64,000 bases of DNA. Origin: Gonapodya sp. JEL0774. Lineage: Eukaryota. The notes below the pieces were generated by a model. It searched no databases, was not told the origin of the DNA, and worked only from the letters and a program-made list of their open reading frames with translations. Positions within the stretch are counted from its first letter, which is position 1. Each line of letters opens with the position of its first letter. This document shows positions 25,401 to 39,693 of this stretch, piece after piece. Position numbers and translations under genes: made by a program. The DNA lies in assembly GCA_027604505.1 (NCBI GenBank), contig JADIIX010000018.1, positions 62,001 to 126,000 of the forward strand, given 5' to 3'.

Positions 25401-28400
25401 CCTTGATGGGAAACGAATTCCGTGGTCTCACCTTTGAGTGTGCTGGGGACTACGTTGTCCCGCCGTACTCTGGCGTGTCGGACACATACAAGACTTGCAA
25501 CATGCAAGGTGCAAAACCTGGGAGCATGATGGTGGACGGAAGCGACTACGTGCAAAGCACTTATGGGTTTGATGCTTCCAGTGGGACTGTATGGTGGAAT
25601 TTTGGCGCCGTGGTCGGTCTTTGGTTTGTTTTCTTGATGCTTTCGGTGAGTGTTATATTCAGGCGGAGTCCCAATGCATTAACAAGTTAATATCGATTTT
25701 CATCTTCTGTTTGGTCTCTTTACAGGTCATTGTGTCTGAATTTGCAGAATTTGGAGGAAGTACGTCGCTAACGTTGACAGGTGTTGTTGAATTCTTGAGA
25801 ATGACAAGCGTCTTCGTTACAGGTGGCATCAACCGGATGATATTTCAGAAAAGCCGTTCTTCGGGTAATGACCGGTCCGAGAAAAAGAGATCAGCGAGCG
25901 AACAGACAATTGTCGAAATGGATATTGCTCAACCGCGCTCAAAGGGACTTGCCAGAATGTCAACCTTAAAAATGACGAGTAATCTCAGCTTGACCTGGAG
26001 TAATCTGAGTTACTGGATACCATCGCCAACTGGAGAACGGCAACTGCTTGATAACATCTCGGGCACCGCAAGACCGGGTCGAATGGTTGCTCTGATGGGG
26101 TTCACAGGAGCAGGAAAGACCACACTGCAAGATGTGCTTACCCGTCGCAAAGCCATTGGAAGAATCGATGGCACTGTGTTTGTTGGCGCTTCACCACAAA
26201 CCTCTGGGTTTAAGAGGATCTTGGGCTATGCTGAGCGTGGGTTCAGCATGTTATGAGATATTTTTTCACAAGCTTGAGTTACTTTGAACCACAGAAATGG
26301 ATCTTCATACTGCAACCGCCACTGTCCGAGAAGCGTTGCGATTCTCTGCATATCTTCGTCAGCCCGCGGAAGTGTCACTGGAGGAGAAGAACCAGTTTGT
26401 GGAGGAGGTGAGAGTCACGTTTGATTCGTCATGGTCCTGACTAACAATAGAATAAAATCTGAACCAGATTATTGACTTGATCGGCCTGAACGATATCGCA
26501 GATGCCCTGGTTGGCAAAGTTGAAACAGGTGTTGGGATCAATCTCACTGATCGCAAACGCCTCACGATCGCGATTGAGCTCTGCGCGCGACCTGAATTTC
26601 TTGTCGCAGATGAGGTGATTGTCATGCGACATTCAAGCAATCAGTCATTCGAAACAAATTCTGATTTGATTCTTTCGGCAGCCCACATCAGGTCTTGATT
26701 CATATGCAGCCTTCCAGATTGTCAAACTTCTCCGAAAATTGGTAAGGTTTTATCAAATCGTAACTCCTTTTGGTCACACCGCTAATTTATCCCCAATCCT
26801 GTAGGCGGATAAAGGCCAAGCGATCGTTTGCACCATCCATCAGCCTTCAGCAATTCTCTTCGAGCACTTTGATGATCTGTTGTTACTTGGTCCTGGAGGT
26901 AGAACCCTCTATTTCGGGGAGATTGGAGCGCAATCTACCACAGTCACGCGATATTTTGAAAAACGTGGTGCCGCTTTATACAATCAAGCAGAGAATCCCG
27001 CCGAGTACGTTTTGGATGCCGGTAACGGCCTTCGCAATGCTGATACGGACGCGGAAATCGATTGGGTCGATCTTTGGCGAACCTCTGATGAAGCCAAATC
27101 GTTGGAGTCCACGATATCCGAACTTCGCAATGTTCCTGTCGACGAAGATGCACAAGAAATACAGAAGAATGAGTTCAGTCTTACCACAATTCAAGTGAGG
27201 TTTTAAAGGAAACTTAGGCTGGCAAGCCGTTTGCTCACTATAACTTTCACACCAAAGCAAATCCCCATTGTGACCAAACGTCTATTCTTTGGGCACTGGC
27301 GGAGCCCCGAGTACACATTTGGTCGGGTGATTGTCTCCGCCATGCACGGCATTCTCCTTGGTCTTTCTTTTTTCGAAGTCACCAATGATCAAGTTGGTCT
27401 ATTCAATAGACTTTTTGCAATTTTATGCACAGCTGCCTTTTGCGTCGCAACTGTGGTGGTAAGCTGAGCAATTTACACGTTAGTCTCATGCAATCCCAAC
27501 GCACTGTTCATACAGATGTCCTTGCCGTACATGAATGATCTCAAAACCAGGTTTGCTCGTGAATCCGCGCAAGGATTCTATAACTGGTTCGCCTTTTCCG
27601 TGGCTGTCAGTGTTGTCGAAGTGAGTTTGCCGGCGACTTGTACTTGTGATCATGGATACGATACGATCCCTTGTCTGTTCCAAAAGGTTTTGTTCAGCGC
27701 CATCCAAGCTACCACCTTGTTCGTACTTTTCTATTTCCTCTCGGGCTTGTCTGGTTCATCCAGTGCTGCCATCACATTTTGGTTGTTCATGGTGTTTTTG
27801 ATAATGTTTGCGGTATCTTTGGGACAATGGATCGCTGCGTTGATGCCCACTCTACCTCTTGCAACAATGCTTGTGGCGCTTGTCACAACATTTCTCTCTG
27901 CGCTATCGGGTATCGCGGTTCCGGAACAACAGAGTAAGTGGATGGTTGGTCAAAATTACTCCTGATTGGCGATTCTCCGAGAAGTAAACTTCATATCTTC
28001 GCAACCAAATAACAGTGCCTGTATTCTGGTGGGTAATCTCAAGTCTCTTGTTGATGTATTGAGATTTGCAGAGGATTTATGATTTCGCATGTTCATGTTT
28101 TGTAGGAGAATCTTCTATTACTTGGATCCTTACCGTGAGTAGCGCGATACAGTTACCCCTGCTTGCTTTTGTCCTTAGCGGCTGTCTTTCATATTAGACT
28201 ACTATGCGGAGGGCATCCTCACAAACGAGTTTCAAAATCTGAGGGTCACATGCCGTGATTCCGAACTTCTCCGATTTCCCCCCACGCCCGGGGCCACTTG
28301 CATACAGTACATGGCAACGTACTTCGCGAGAGGGGGGCCAGGCTATTTACAGAATCCCGGTGCGCGGGACATGTGCGGGTATGTTTTGACTTCTCACTAG

Positions 28401-28609
28401 TTTGGACTGATGATAGAGCGCTAATTTCCCGAATGCTCAGACTCTGTCAGCTTTCAAACCCGTCGCCGCTATTAGACCGACAGTTCTCATTCACCTACCA
28501 GCATGTTTGGCGCAATCTCGGAATTCTGATAGCGATGGTTGCCATGAATCGGGTGATTCTGTTTATTGCGATGCGGGCGCAGTCCAAAAAACTATTAAGC
28601 AAGCAGTGA
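22495..28609 (+). CDS. Full-size ABCG/PDR transporter (NBD-TMD)2, paralog A, many exons
   Basis: [37 protein letters not shown] Cys loop, [44 protein letters not shown]. Confidence 0.95.
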
Positions 28610-28756
28610 CAATCCAATTTATGTTAGTTTATTGATTTCTTATTGAATGTCTATTTGCTATGTGTCAAAAGATTCGCATAAGAGTCAGTGCAGGTGTTTT
28701 AGAATACATGTATATTCTACTCAATCTAGTCTACCAGGAAAACATGAACCGTTCTC

Positions 28757-31700
28757 TCACTTCGACAATCTCTTGGATTGCAGTCTCATGAAACAGAACA
28801 TGAGAACTCGATTCGCAACAAACATCGCGAGTAGAACAACAAAGTTACGCCAGAGGTGATCAAATGAGAAGGAAAATTGCTGCTCCAGCACCACTGGGGC
28901 GTTTGAAAGCTGGCAAAGACTATTTAATTGGGATTGTGTATGAGACAATATGTCCTAAAACATCAGGAGCCTGGTTTGTGACTGGCACTCACCCGCAAAT
29001 ATCTGTTGCCTCGGGGTTTTGTAGATACCCTGGACCACCGTTCGTGAAGTAAGGGGTCATGTATTGCTGACAAGTTGCACCGGGTGTGGGTGGAAAGCGG
29101 AGGAGCTCGGAATCACGGCAAGTGATGTTGAGGTTCTTGAACTCATTCGTGAGTGTGCTTTCCACGAAGAAGTCTACGCGGCAGACAGATCAGTGTGATA
29201 AGGGTGCAAGCATTCGCAGGATGCACTCACGATACGGGTCCACGTAGAAGAACCAATACCTTTGCAACCCGCAGAGAATGTAACGCAAGTCAGAATGAGA
29301 TTAACGGATGTGCACGTGCATCGCATCTAACCTACCAAAATTTAGGCACTAGATATGCAACGAAAAGCATTAACTTGAGATCAACTAGTTCAAACCGAGC
29401 GCTTTATAGCCAACTTACTCTGTTCGAAAGGTGCGGGAATGCCCGAAAATCCGGGGAGTAGCGTTGTAATGAGACCTGCCAGTATTGTCGATAACGGCAG
29501 ATTGGGCATAAGAGCAGCGATCCATTGGCCCATGGATACAGCGAACAGTTGAAGCAATACATGAAAGAGTAAGAAGGTAGCGGCGACACTCGAAGTCCCG
29601 GACAATCCGGCAACGAAGTAGTAGATAACGAAGAAAAATATGGACTGGATGATGGTGTAGGGAATCTAGAAGAGAGTCGCTTCAATGAAGCGCCAAAGAC
29701 TCGAACTGGCAACACTTACCTCTACTACAGTGACAGCCACGGAGAAGGCAAACCAGTTGTAGAATCCTTGTGCCGATTCTCTAAGAAAATAAGTCTTCAT
29801 ATCGGTGAAGAACGGCATGGATACCTAAGAAAAAGACGTTGAGAGAACGAAGACCATGCACACAAATTCTGCTCACCTGAACCGTAGCTACAGAGAATGC
29901 AGCTGTCATGAAAACGGAAAAAATGCGGTTGAACAGCCCCGCTCTGTCACCAGTTACTTGGAAAAACGACAGAGACAGCAGTATCCCATTTATCAGTGAA
30001 ATGATCACTCGACCAAACGTGTAGTCCGGACTACGCCAATATGTTGTGAAGAGTCGTGCAGTCACGATTGGAATTTGCTGAAAATATGTGTTCAGAATCG
30101 GTCATGTCAACCTTGCTTATGAATGTGAGTATTTGAGACGCATTGAAATCTCACCTGAAAGGTAGAGAGACTGAACTCTTGCGTCTGAAGCTCTTGCGCT
30201 GCCACGTCAACTGGGGTGTTCCGGAGTCTTTGTACAACGTCCTCCAAACTTTTTGCTTCGTCCGAGTCTTTCCATAGTTGAACCCAGTCAACAGGTGCAT
30301 CAGGATTCGCGTTTCGAAGGCCATTACCGGCGTCCAATATATACTCGGCAGGATTCTCGGACTTGTCATACGAAGCTGCGCCACGCTTTTCGAAGTAGCT
30401 TGTCACAGTAACCGATTCAGGTCCAATCTCACCGAAGTAAAGAGGCTTGCCACCGGGGCCAAGAAGCAGAAGATCATCGAAATGCTCAAAGAGAATAGCC
30501 GAAGGTTGGTGAATCGTACACAGAATTGCTTGACCCTTCTCAGCCTGCGAGTGTGTAAGTCACAGATGAGTTTGACACTGGACTGAGGAGGAGTTGCGAG
30601 GGTTGACAACTTACCAACTTGTGCAGAAGTTTAACGATTTGGAAAGCTGCGTATGAATCCAAGCCACTTGTCGGCTTTCGTCTCGGTGATTAACATCGCG
30701 AACATATTTGCGATAGGGCGCATCATTTCCTCACCTCATCAAGAACAAGAAACTCAGGACGAGCACACAATTCAATCGCAATTGTGAGGCGTTTGCGATC
30801 CGTCAGGTTGATCCCAACTCCGGTTTCTAATGTGCCAACCATAGCGTCCGCGATGTCATTCAAACCCATTAGGTTTATAATCTAAGCCAGCGGGTCAACC
30901 ACAACCACTTCATGCTTTGTCGAGCAGAATAAGATCTCACCTCTTCGACAAACCGATTCTTCTCATCTACCGAAGTTTCAGATGGTTGACGGAGATACGC
31001 AGAGAATCGTAGTGCTTCGCGAATAGTAGCGGTTGGTGTGTGGACATCCATTTCTGGAGATTCATTCGAAATTTAGAACATACTCCTCGTTCACCTGGAA
31101 GAGGGTCGAACACTCACGTTCGGCATATCCCATAATGCGCTTGAAGCCCGTTGTTTGCGGCAATGATCCAACAAAAACAGTTCCATCGATTCTTCCAGCC
31201 GTCTTGCGACGGGTCAGCACATCTTGAAGTGTAGTTTTGCCTGCTCCAGTGAACCCCATGAGAGCGAGCATACGACCAGGTCTAACTGCTCCAGAAACGT
31301 TGTCCAAAAGCTGGCGCTCGCCTGTTGGGGTTTGTATCCAGTAACTGAGATTCCTCCACGTGAGGTTAAGGCTCGTAGTCATCTTTAGGGACGCAACTCG
31401 GTTAATGATGTTTGGGTTGATCGCTTCCACATCAACATCGACCGCTATTTGTTCGCTGGGGATCAATTTCGCCTCAGATTCAAGATACTCGTCGTGGTGA
31501 GGAATACGGCCCTTCTGAAAGATCATACGGTTTATGCCGCCTGCAAGTCTCAACAGAAAGTCATAGTTATCAGTCCAGAATACCCGCAACGAGAGCAAAT
31601 GCGCAATGGAAACGTACTGCCGCCGAACTCTGCAATCTCAGATACAACCGCCTGAAGCAGGACAAGTAAGTGTGCGCAGGACAATAAAGAACGGTACATT

Positions 31701-34700
31701 TCAGGGAAGCGACCCAATTACTCACCGAAAGTACCAAGAAGACAAACCAAAGTGCCATCACGGCACCGAAATTCCACCATGACGTGCCCAGAGAAGCATC
31801 GAACCCAAAGGCACTCGAAACATAGTCACTTCCGTCAACAATCATGCTCCCAGGTTTAGCACCTTGAAGATTGCAGGTCTTGTAAACGTCAGGAACTCCC
31901 GGATATGGTGGAACAACGTAGATGTCGGTGCACTCGAACTGGAGTCCTCGGAACTCGTTCCCCATCAACGCTTATGAGATGTAAGCAAGGGTTCGAGGCA
32001 ATTTGGAGCAAAAACGTTGTTGAAGCAAGAAGGAAATATCTCTATTATCGTTCTACTCACCTCTGAAGGAATAGCTCAGGGGAGACACCCACACGAACCT
32101 GATTTGAGAACAGGACGGTGATTGAACGACCGTAACATCTCATAGAATAGAGAACCACCAGCCTACCATATGAACCAGGGTTTCACTTCAGAGTAGGGAA
32201 TGAGATAACCGCAGTAAACTACAATCCAAAGGAATTGAGGGATTGCAACAGAACGAAAAAAAAAAGACTTAACGCTTACTGAGGTTGGGAATCAACCAAA
32301 TGGCATTAAATCGGGTCGCGGTGTCAATGTTTGGGGATAAAGCAGTGATAAATCTTGCAAGGAGGAATGGAAGAGATGATGTTAGGGACGTCTGCCATCA
32401 AGAAGCTCAGAACCTCCACTTACCGACTGAACGACGAATAGCACGCTCCCGAGAAAAAGTTGAAGAGCAAGAACGTGAAGAACCTAACGGGATCCGGATT
32501 CAAGCCAGCCATCCAGTAGAGAATGGTTCCGAAGAGAATTGTATTGATGATTCGAATTGGAGTGTCTGCGACAACCCAGGACATCTTTATTGAAGGGCAG
32601 AATGAGTGCTTTCGGATCTCGTGCATAGCGAGCTTCCCAGACTGAGCTTACATAGCGCAAACCGGCGTGGTACAAACTCCACTCTTTGTGCTTGTAAACG
32701 TATGAACGCTCCGAGATCATCCGCGGAAGTTCAGTTTGTGTCTGAATTGCGTTGAACAGCCTTTCGTAAATTCGGGATACATGAGCCCGGCATGAGATTC
32801 ACCATGAACGTCGAGAGCGCGAGAAAGCTAGAACTCACAAACTGAAAAATATGGTGCCACCTCGAGAAAACGCACCCAATGCCGTCAGAGGTTGACGAAA
32901 GTTTACTGAGCCTGTGCATAGCGCCACGAGAACAACGAAGATAACCTGGCCGATGACAGCGCTGGGTTGACCCCTCATGAGGAGAAACTCGCGGGAGAGG
33001 GCGATATTGAACTAAGAAAAAATGTCCAATTTAACGTTGGCAATATGTTCTCTCCAGGTCGCGTTAACGAACCTGTTCCCATCCGGTCCTCGAATATGCT
33101 GACGTTGGCTTGGAGCTGAAGTTCTCCACACGGTACGCGTGCTCAGACTCTTGGAATGTCTGAGCAGAGTTGTTGGCGGTGATCTTCTCCTCTATCGACT
33201 TAAGTTCTTCCGTCATTGCACGGTAATTCTGAAGGAAAAGATTCTGTCGAGACCAAGGATGAAGGGATACATTTCACACGAACACACCTCGGAACGAAGC
33301 CACGCCTTTTCAAATTCCTCCGCCGTAGATGGGACTGTCGCAGGATCTACGCCATCAACCAAAGCACGCTCTTTTACTTCGGTTACTGAATTTAGGAAAT
33401 CGGGAACGCTCTGCCTCGGAAGCGGGCGAAAGCCGAGCTTTTGGAAGTAGTCCTTTGCGGCAGTGGACGACCCGAAGTAAATTGTCCTGCCCTTGGAGAG
33501 GAGAAGTACACGGTCAAAAAGTTGGAAGATGGAATCGCCGGTTTGGTTGACTGTTGTGGCGAAGAAGGAAGAAGAAGGTGAAAATAAACCTAAGAAATGG
33601 GAGCCCGCGATAGCCCCAGTGGGGCTACGCACTATGTACGACAGTGGTGCGCTTGAGGGCGGTTGTCACAAGACGAAGACCTTTGATGACTTGAAGAGCG
33701 TAGGTTGAATCCAGCCCCCTTGTTGTCTGGTCCCACACGTTAACCGCGGCAGACCCAGTGAGTTGTTCCGCGACTTGGAAAGATACGAGTGATAAATACG
33801 CCATACGAACAGAGCCAAAAACGCTCACAAGAGCATTTGAAGAGGAAACTCACTCGAAACTCTCTTCTTCTCGCCCCCACTGACTCCCCTCAGGAACTCG
33901 TTCCCCACCACGGTATCCATTGCCGTCGTCATACCCAGCCACTCTTCTAGGAACGTGAGGAATTCCGCTTTCACAGCGTCAACCCCCTTCTCAGATGAGG
34001 TGTGGCCAACTTTGAACGAGAGAGCCGCTGAAAGCGTTTGTCGGACTGTGAGGGCGGGAATATGAAGGTCGTTATCGCCGCTGTAAAGGACTTCATTTTG
34101 GAAACGTTTCTGGAGGAGGATATTCCAGTGGGTGGTGCAGGAAGATTTACGTATCGTATCAGTGTCGAAAAGGCACGCATACTAATGAGCTTTACCTTGA
34201 ATTCCGAGGCACCAAGACCATTGATCGTCACGTCTCCAGCCACTTCCCTGTAAAGTGCCTTCAATCTCTCTGGTGTCTTCCCCAAAACTCGCACAAGAGG
34301 TCCTGCGCCAGCACCAGGTTTGCCCAACACTAACAGCATTTCACCAGGGCGCAAGAATCCAGTAGTGGCATGTAGAAGCGTAGCAGAGTTATCGGTTGGG
34401 GTGACTTTCGGTTTGGGGCGGAGGAGGAGAAGTGGGAGTAAGGGAAGCATAAGAAGACCGCGGAACGGCTTAATGTGAAGGGTTGGGAGTGAGGTGGAAA
34501 TGATTTGGGTTTCGAGGTTGTGAGAAGCTTATGTCCCGTCATCCACTACCCACGTCACCGAAACTTGGAATTCCCTCAGACACAAGCGCCTTGCTTCCGA
34601 GAACTCTGACATCACGCCATATTACTGTCGCTTCTTTCTTTCCATAGCCCTTCTCCCGGGCAACCCGTTTGAGCTGATTGAGAAACGGTGCAAGCTCGCT

Positions 34701-34872
34701 CTCTGTACCAGGAGTTGGTGATGCTGAGTAAAACGCACGAATGATTGGAGAACGAAAGCTACACACCAGAGAGCCCAAACTCTGATGCCAACGATTTTGA
34801 ACTCTTTACTCTCGATATTGGTGTCTTGGTGAGTTCCACTTCCTCTGGACTCTCTCCATCAGCGGTGGACAT
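28757..34872 (-). CDS. Full-size ABCG/PDR transporter, paralog B (convergent with A)
   Basis: Same motifs and a matching exon structure; synonymous sites and introns have diverged from paralog A. Confidence 0.95.
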
Positions 34873-35749
34873 AATTGGTGGAAGAAACGGACTTGCTGCG
34901 TTTACAGAAACGAAGTTGGAAAAGAGGAATGTTTTCAGACAAGAGTCCACACGATACTTATAATGTCATTTGAGCGGGGATGAACGAATTGAACTGGCAG
35001 ACCCGGCAGAACCTCGATTGGCCCGGGATAGTGCGATCCCACAAACCGGATCGACCCTCAACCCAACGAGGCAAAAGTATAATTGGGTGGGGAACCGTAC
35101 AAAATTCACAGACATTTAGAAACAGGCAACGACCAGATTACAAGGACGGTTTTGGTGGGAATTTAGCTCAACGCAGGGGAGTAAATTGGTCGGAAACCCA
35201 GCTGCACCATCCAAAAGGAACAACGATCTTCTGCCGAACTGTGGTCACGGGATCAATCCTACCATTTACCGTGATGACGTATACAAGGGATCTCCACAAA
35301 ACAGCAGATTACGAATCTGCTCTTACGTTGACTGCTCATACTTGTTTCGTTATGGTGTGCGGCTGACAATTTTAGATTCCCTAATGCCAGCGTAGTGAAT
35401 CTTAATCTTGCAGCTTCGAATAACACAATCATTGTTCCATTTGGCATTCTGAGCTTATGACGGCAGACAGCCAGTTGTCCCTACCAGCAGATCCATCACA
35501 CGAATGCACTACACCGAGTTTGGCAACATCTGAGCATAATAGCAAGGAAAACAAGCAGAGACGCTATTGCTCCTCGATTCATTTGTGATTTCTGTCCGTA
35601 AGCTCAGCTAGCAAATTTTATTTGTTGGATAAGCAAGCAGCGGCGAACTCGTTTTCAATCACCTACATACATATATATTTCCAAATCGGGAGCCAGACAG
35701 AAAGTCATCGTGGGGGAGACGACCCAGGATTATAAATCAGAATCGAATC

Positions 35750-36899
35750 ATGTCATCATCTGGTCCTACAACGTGAGTTTTGGGTCGATGCCGGTCCTGT
35801 TCCCGTCTGCAAGCTCTATCTCAGCCTCAACACTGAAACGATTTTTGGGATATGACATGTTTCAAAATCTGACTGGCAACTCCTGAAACGCGCAAAAATG
35901 TTCCCCTTTGCAACCTGCTCTTCGCCTTCACCCCTTTTCCAGAACGGACCCTCCCGCTCTCTCCACTCCAGTCATTATCGCGGTAGTTTTCGCCGCTCTC
36001 GCCCTCATACTCGCCGCTACGGGAGTTATCCTGCTCATCCGTGCTCGTCGGATTGTAGCCAGGCATGGATGGCGTCTCGAGCGTGGTAATGACGCTCCCA
36101 CTCCGGACTGGTCATCGGATAGAGACAGAAAGAAGCCACAGCCGGGTAGAATGAAGGCGTTAGCACGAGCATTATCAGGGAGAAGTTTTGCTGGAAGGAC
36201 GAGAGAAGTAAGAATCGTGCTCTTCCGGGTAACTTGTTGACACTCCGACTTTTGAGTTCATCATCCTCTTCTTTCGCATTACGCTGTGTACCGAACGGGT
36301 TATCGGTAGCTCCAGCAAATGCGCGCTAGCACACCAGCTGCAAACTGGAGGTCATTTACCCCCTTTTCATCCAAAGATGAACAAGACGTTGAGCCTCCTG
36401 CTCCGTGAGTTCTTTACTTCCGGAGTAATTCTCGAGAGATTACTGGGATGGCCAATATGAGAATTTGAGGGAGGTTTTGAAAGCTCTGGATCCGGCTGCA
36501 CTGAGAGTAATGCCCATTACTCAATGTGGAGCTCCCCCCAAATTGTCATGCTCAACCGGTACCAGTAACTTGTATCAAACGCACCCTGTTAACTACTTTC
36601 GTTTACATCCGCAATCTAGGGTTCCTGCCACTCGCCCCTTCGTAGCCCGCTCCGACTTTCCCGACGAAGTATCCGTCAGCCCCGGTCATCGAGTTCTCAT
36701 TTACGGAGTTTACCCCGATGGTTGGGCTCTCGGCCGTGTCCTTGAAAATTCGCGGGTTGGCTTCTTCCCGATTGGTGTTTTGGATGAGGATGACGGAGAT
36801 GTTATGATCATGGACGGACGACAGAGGAAGTGGCCCCCGGAGAGGAAAAGCTCTGCAGGTGATGGCTGGATGGTGGATTTCTGGAGTAACATGGGTTGA
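35750..36899 (+). CDS. Single-pass membrane protein with C-terminal SH3 domain
   Basis: MSSSGPTT|TDPPAL splice; TM VIIAVVFAALALILAATGVILLI followed by RARR; SH3 PFVARSDFPDEVSVSPGHRVLIYGVYPDGWALG...GFFPIGVL. Confidence 0.8.
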
Positions 36900-37428
36900 G
36901 TGAAGACTGCGCAGAGCCGGAAGATGCAGGGACGTCTTAAGCTGACGTTGGGCACAGTTGGGTGAATGTGTTTCATAGGAGTAAGACCGCCCAGTCATGT
37001 TGAGTCTACCAGGAACGGGTGGTGATGATGATAAGGGACTTCACGTATTACTACATGTCGATAGGTGCATAGGTGGCTGGTCACGCAGGGTCGCTGATAC
37101 CGTCCACCGTAAATTGGACAATGCAAGCTCAACCCCGAACTGTTGGTGTTCATCTCATGTTGTGGAATGGGAGGGCTAGTTGGGTCGGTTGGAGGCGTGT
37201 TTTTGTCTGGTCAGGCATCACTTTTTTGATTGAATTTTTTTTAATGATCGAGGCTAACTCCAATGTCGCGCAGTAAATACAATTTGTGTCTATCCAAACC
37301 CAACAAGGGAACTAGATCCAAATCGTTGCCTCACGGTCCTCCACTCGAGACTCTGATTCTTTGAGTTCATTGAGCCCAACATTGAACATAATTCTCACAT
37401 CCCTCATTCGTGCGCTTCACCCGTGTAA

Positions 37429-39305
37429 TTATTCTGCCATCTGCACATCACCCTCCCCTCCATGATCACCGCCACCGGCAACCCCGCCCGGCCCATCCGC
37501 AACAAACTCCGCCAGAGTCCACCTACCCCAACCTTCCAATCTACTCGCATGTGAAACACCGCTCCCGGTAGTGACCCCAACTGCTTCCCTCCTCTCCCGC
37601 TCTCTTTCTCTCTCCACCCTCCTCCCTCCCACCGTAGGTCCACCCCCTGCTCCAGCTGCAGACGAAGCCGTAGATGCCGAAGCAGCGGCAGTAGTCTTTG
37701 CGCGTGCTTCCGCCCCAGCGACAGCAGAAAGATAATCGCGGACAGTCGAGGCTTGAGCAGCAAGGCGGGCAAGAGTGGGGTGCGAGTGCAGACCAAGTGA
37801 AGCTCGATTGAGAAAGAGGGCGGGGCGTAATAAGTGGAGGAGCAATGGAGTGAATTCGATGTGGGGAAGGAACGGGCGGGGTAACCAGAGTCAATACGAT
37901 CGATCGCATTTCAGTTGGGTGGGGGAGCAACCAGAGTCGGCTGAAAACTTCCGAAGGGGGCCCCTTTCTACGTTACCCTTTATCAAAACTAGCCGCTTCG
38001 ATGTTTGCCTGAGCTCCCTGGTTTGCCGACACCCACACAACTCACCCATCACACAATGTCCCACCTCTTCTGCAACGACTTCCCTCCTCAGGACGTCCAT
38101 TTTCTCCCCAAGTGGACTGCAGCTCGGATTTTCGTACGCCACAACAGCCAGCACATCCTGGACTTCCTCAGCGCACTGCGGCGGAAACCCAGTGAGCTCC
38201 GCCCGAGCGTAGGAGAGTGCAGCAGGAAGCGAAGAGTTGCGAACAAGTTCAAGAAAGAGTTGGGTGCGGAGGAGAAGAAGGGCGTGGAGAGTTGGTGGGG
38301 TTATATTCGGGTCCATCGGTGTCGGAGGTAGAGCATTGGGAAAGTGCACGGACAGGTGGGAAAGCGCAGTGCGGAGGTCAGGAACCAGTAAAAGCGATTT
38401 GAGGGCTGCGTGGGTGGGTCATGGGAGCGGATAGAGTTGCAAGCTTCGTGAGTAAGTATCCTCTAATGAGATGAGTCAAGCTGAATAGTAGTTCCCAGCA
38501 AAGGTGCGCATGCCGCCCTAAATGCATAAGAACATGATACATTTCACAGAATCACGAAAACGATCACATCAGACGAGCCACATGGTGCACTCGAGAACTT
38601 GACAGTTGCCGCGCATATGCATTCAAGTGAGGAAACTCCCATTCCACACCAGAAAATATCGGTAGAAAATAACATTACAGTCTCGCCTCCGATATTGAAC
38701 GAACCTTTCCGTGCCTTCAGTGTTCTCCACTTCGTCTCCAAAGTGGTACGGACTTGCCCACCAAAACTCTCCAATGGCAAGTCTTCAAGTTTCACTTGTT
38801 CCATATTATTCAGTTCTTGGTCGCCTGTAACGGCCAATTTGCCTTTCCCAGCGTCCCCATCCGACTTGGTCACGCTACCGTTCCACTTAGGCGTTGACTC
38901 TGGTGTGCGGAGTGTGGATCCGCCACCCGTAGTCGGCAAACCTGCGACGTCGTCATCACCAGTGTCAATATCCATGCCCATTCCAGTGCCTGGATCCCCG
39001 GCGGCGTCTCCCTCATCATCTAACAACGGTTCCTTTTGAGCTTTAGAACGCCAATGGGCTTCTCCTCCATGTCCCACCAACGCTCCACCAACTCCCCCTT
39101 TGTCGTCGTCTTCTGCTTTTCTCGCTGTTCTTCCCGCCACTTCTCTGGCAAAAGCAAGTGCAGTTTCGCCGTAACCCTCGTGTAACAGATAGTCAAGCAC
39201 AATCGCGGAGGCGGACGTGGGCAGCGAATTCGGTGGGCCCAATGAAATATTCGCATAAAGAGGAAACGCTGGGTCGCTGGGAGATGTTGAATTGGTCGCG
39301 ATCAT
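37429..39305 (-). CDS. LisH-CTLH-CRA protein, RanBP9/10(Gid1)-like without SPRY; probable GID/CTLH complex subunit
   Basis: LisH IVLDYLLHEGYGETALAFARE; CTLH ALKSLLL...HFPNAL...QLFLELVR; CRA QDVLAVVAYENPSCSPLGEKMDVLRREVVAEEV and SLGLHSHPTLARLAAQ. Confidence 0.85.
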
Positions 39306-39693
39306 TTATGTATCATGCGCTGTGGTGTGGGATGCGGGATTTCCACTAAATTACAGGTTATTTTTCCAGCACCGGAATTGCCAATGATTACAGAGATCTG
39401 CGACGGAGCAAACTCGAGATATGTGTAATCGGATGAAGCCACACTATAACTCCTCCTCCTTCTAATACGAAATGGTTCAAAAATGAAGTAAAACGAGCAA
39501 GTCTGCTACTTAAAGACCGAAGAACTAACTACCCAGCTTATGTGAATGGACTCACCTCAGGAAGTATTTCATAGAGCCTTTATGTAAGGTGATATTGGCA
39601 AAATCCTGGCGCCGGTGAAAGTGGTGCATGGTTCGCTTCTGCTTCGCAAAACTGTTCAAGTAAAATTTCTAATTTCTAATTTGGTTGAAAGAA

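Noticed and set aside
22495..34872. Recent gene conversion between the ABCG paralogs
   Set aside because: The compared segments show many silent differences and unalignable introns.
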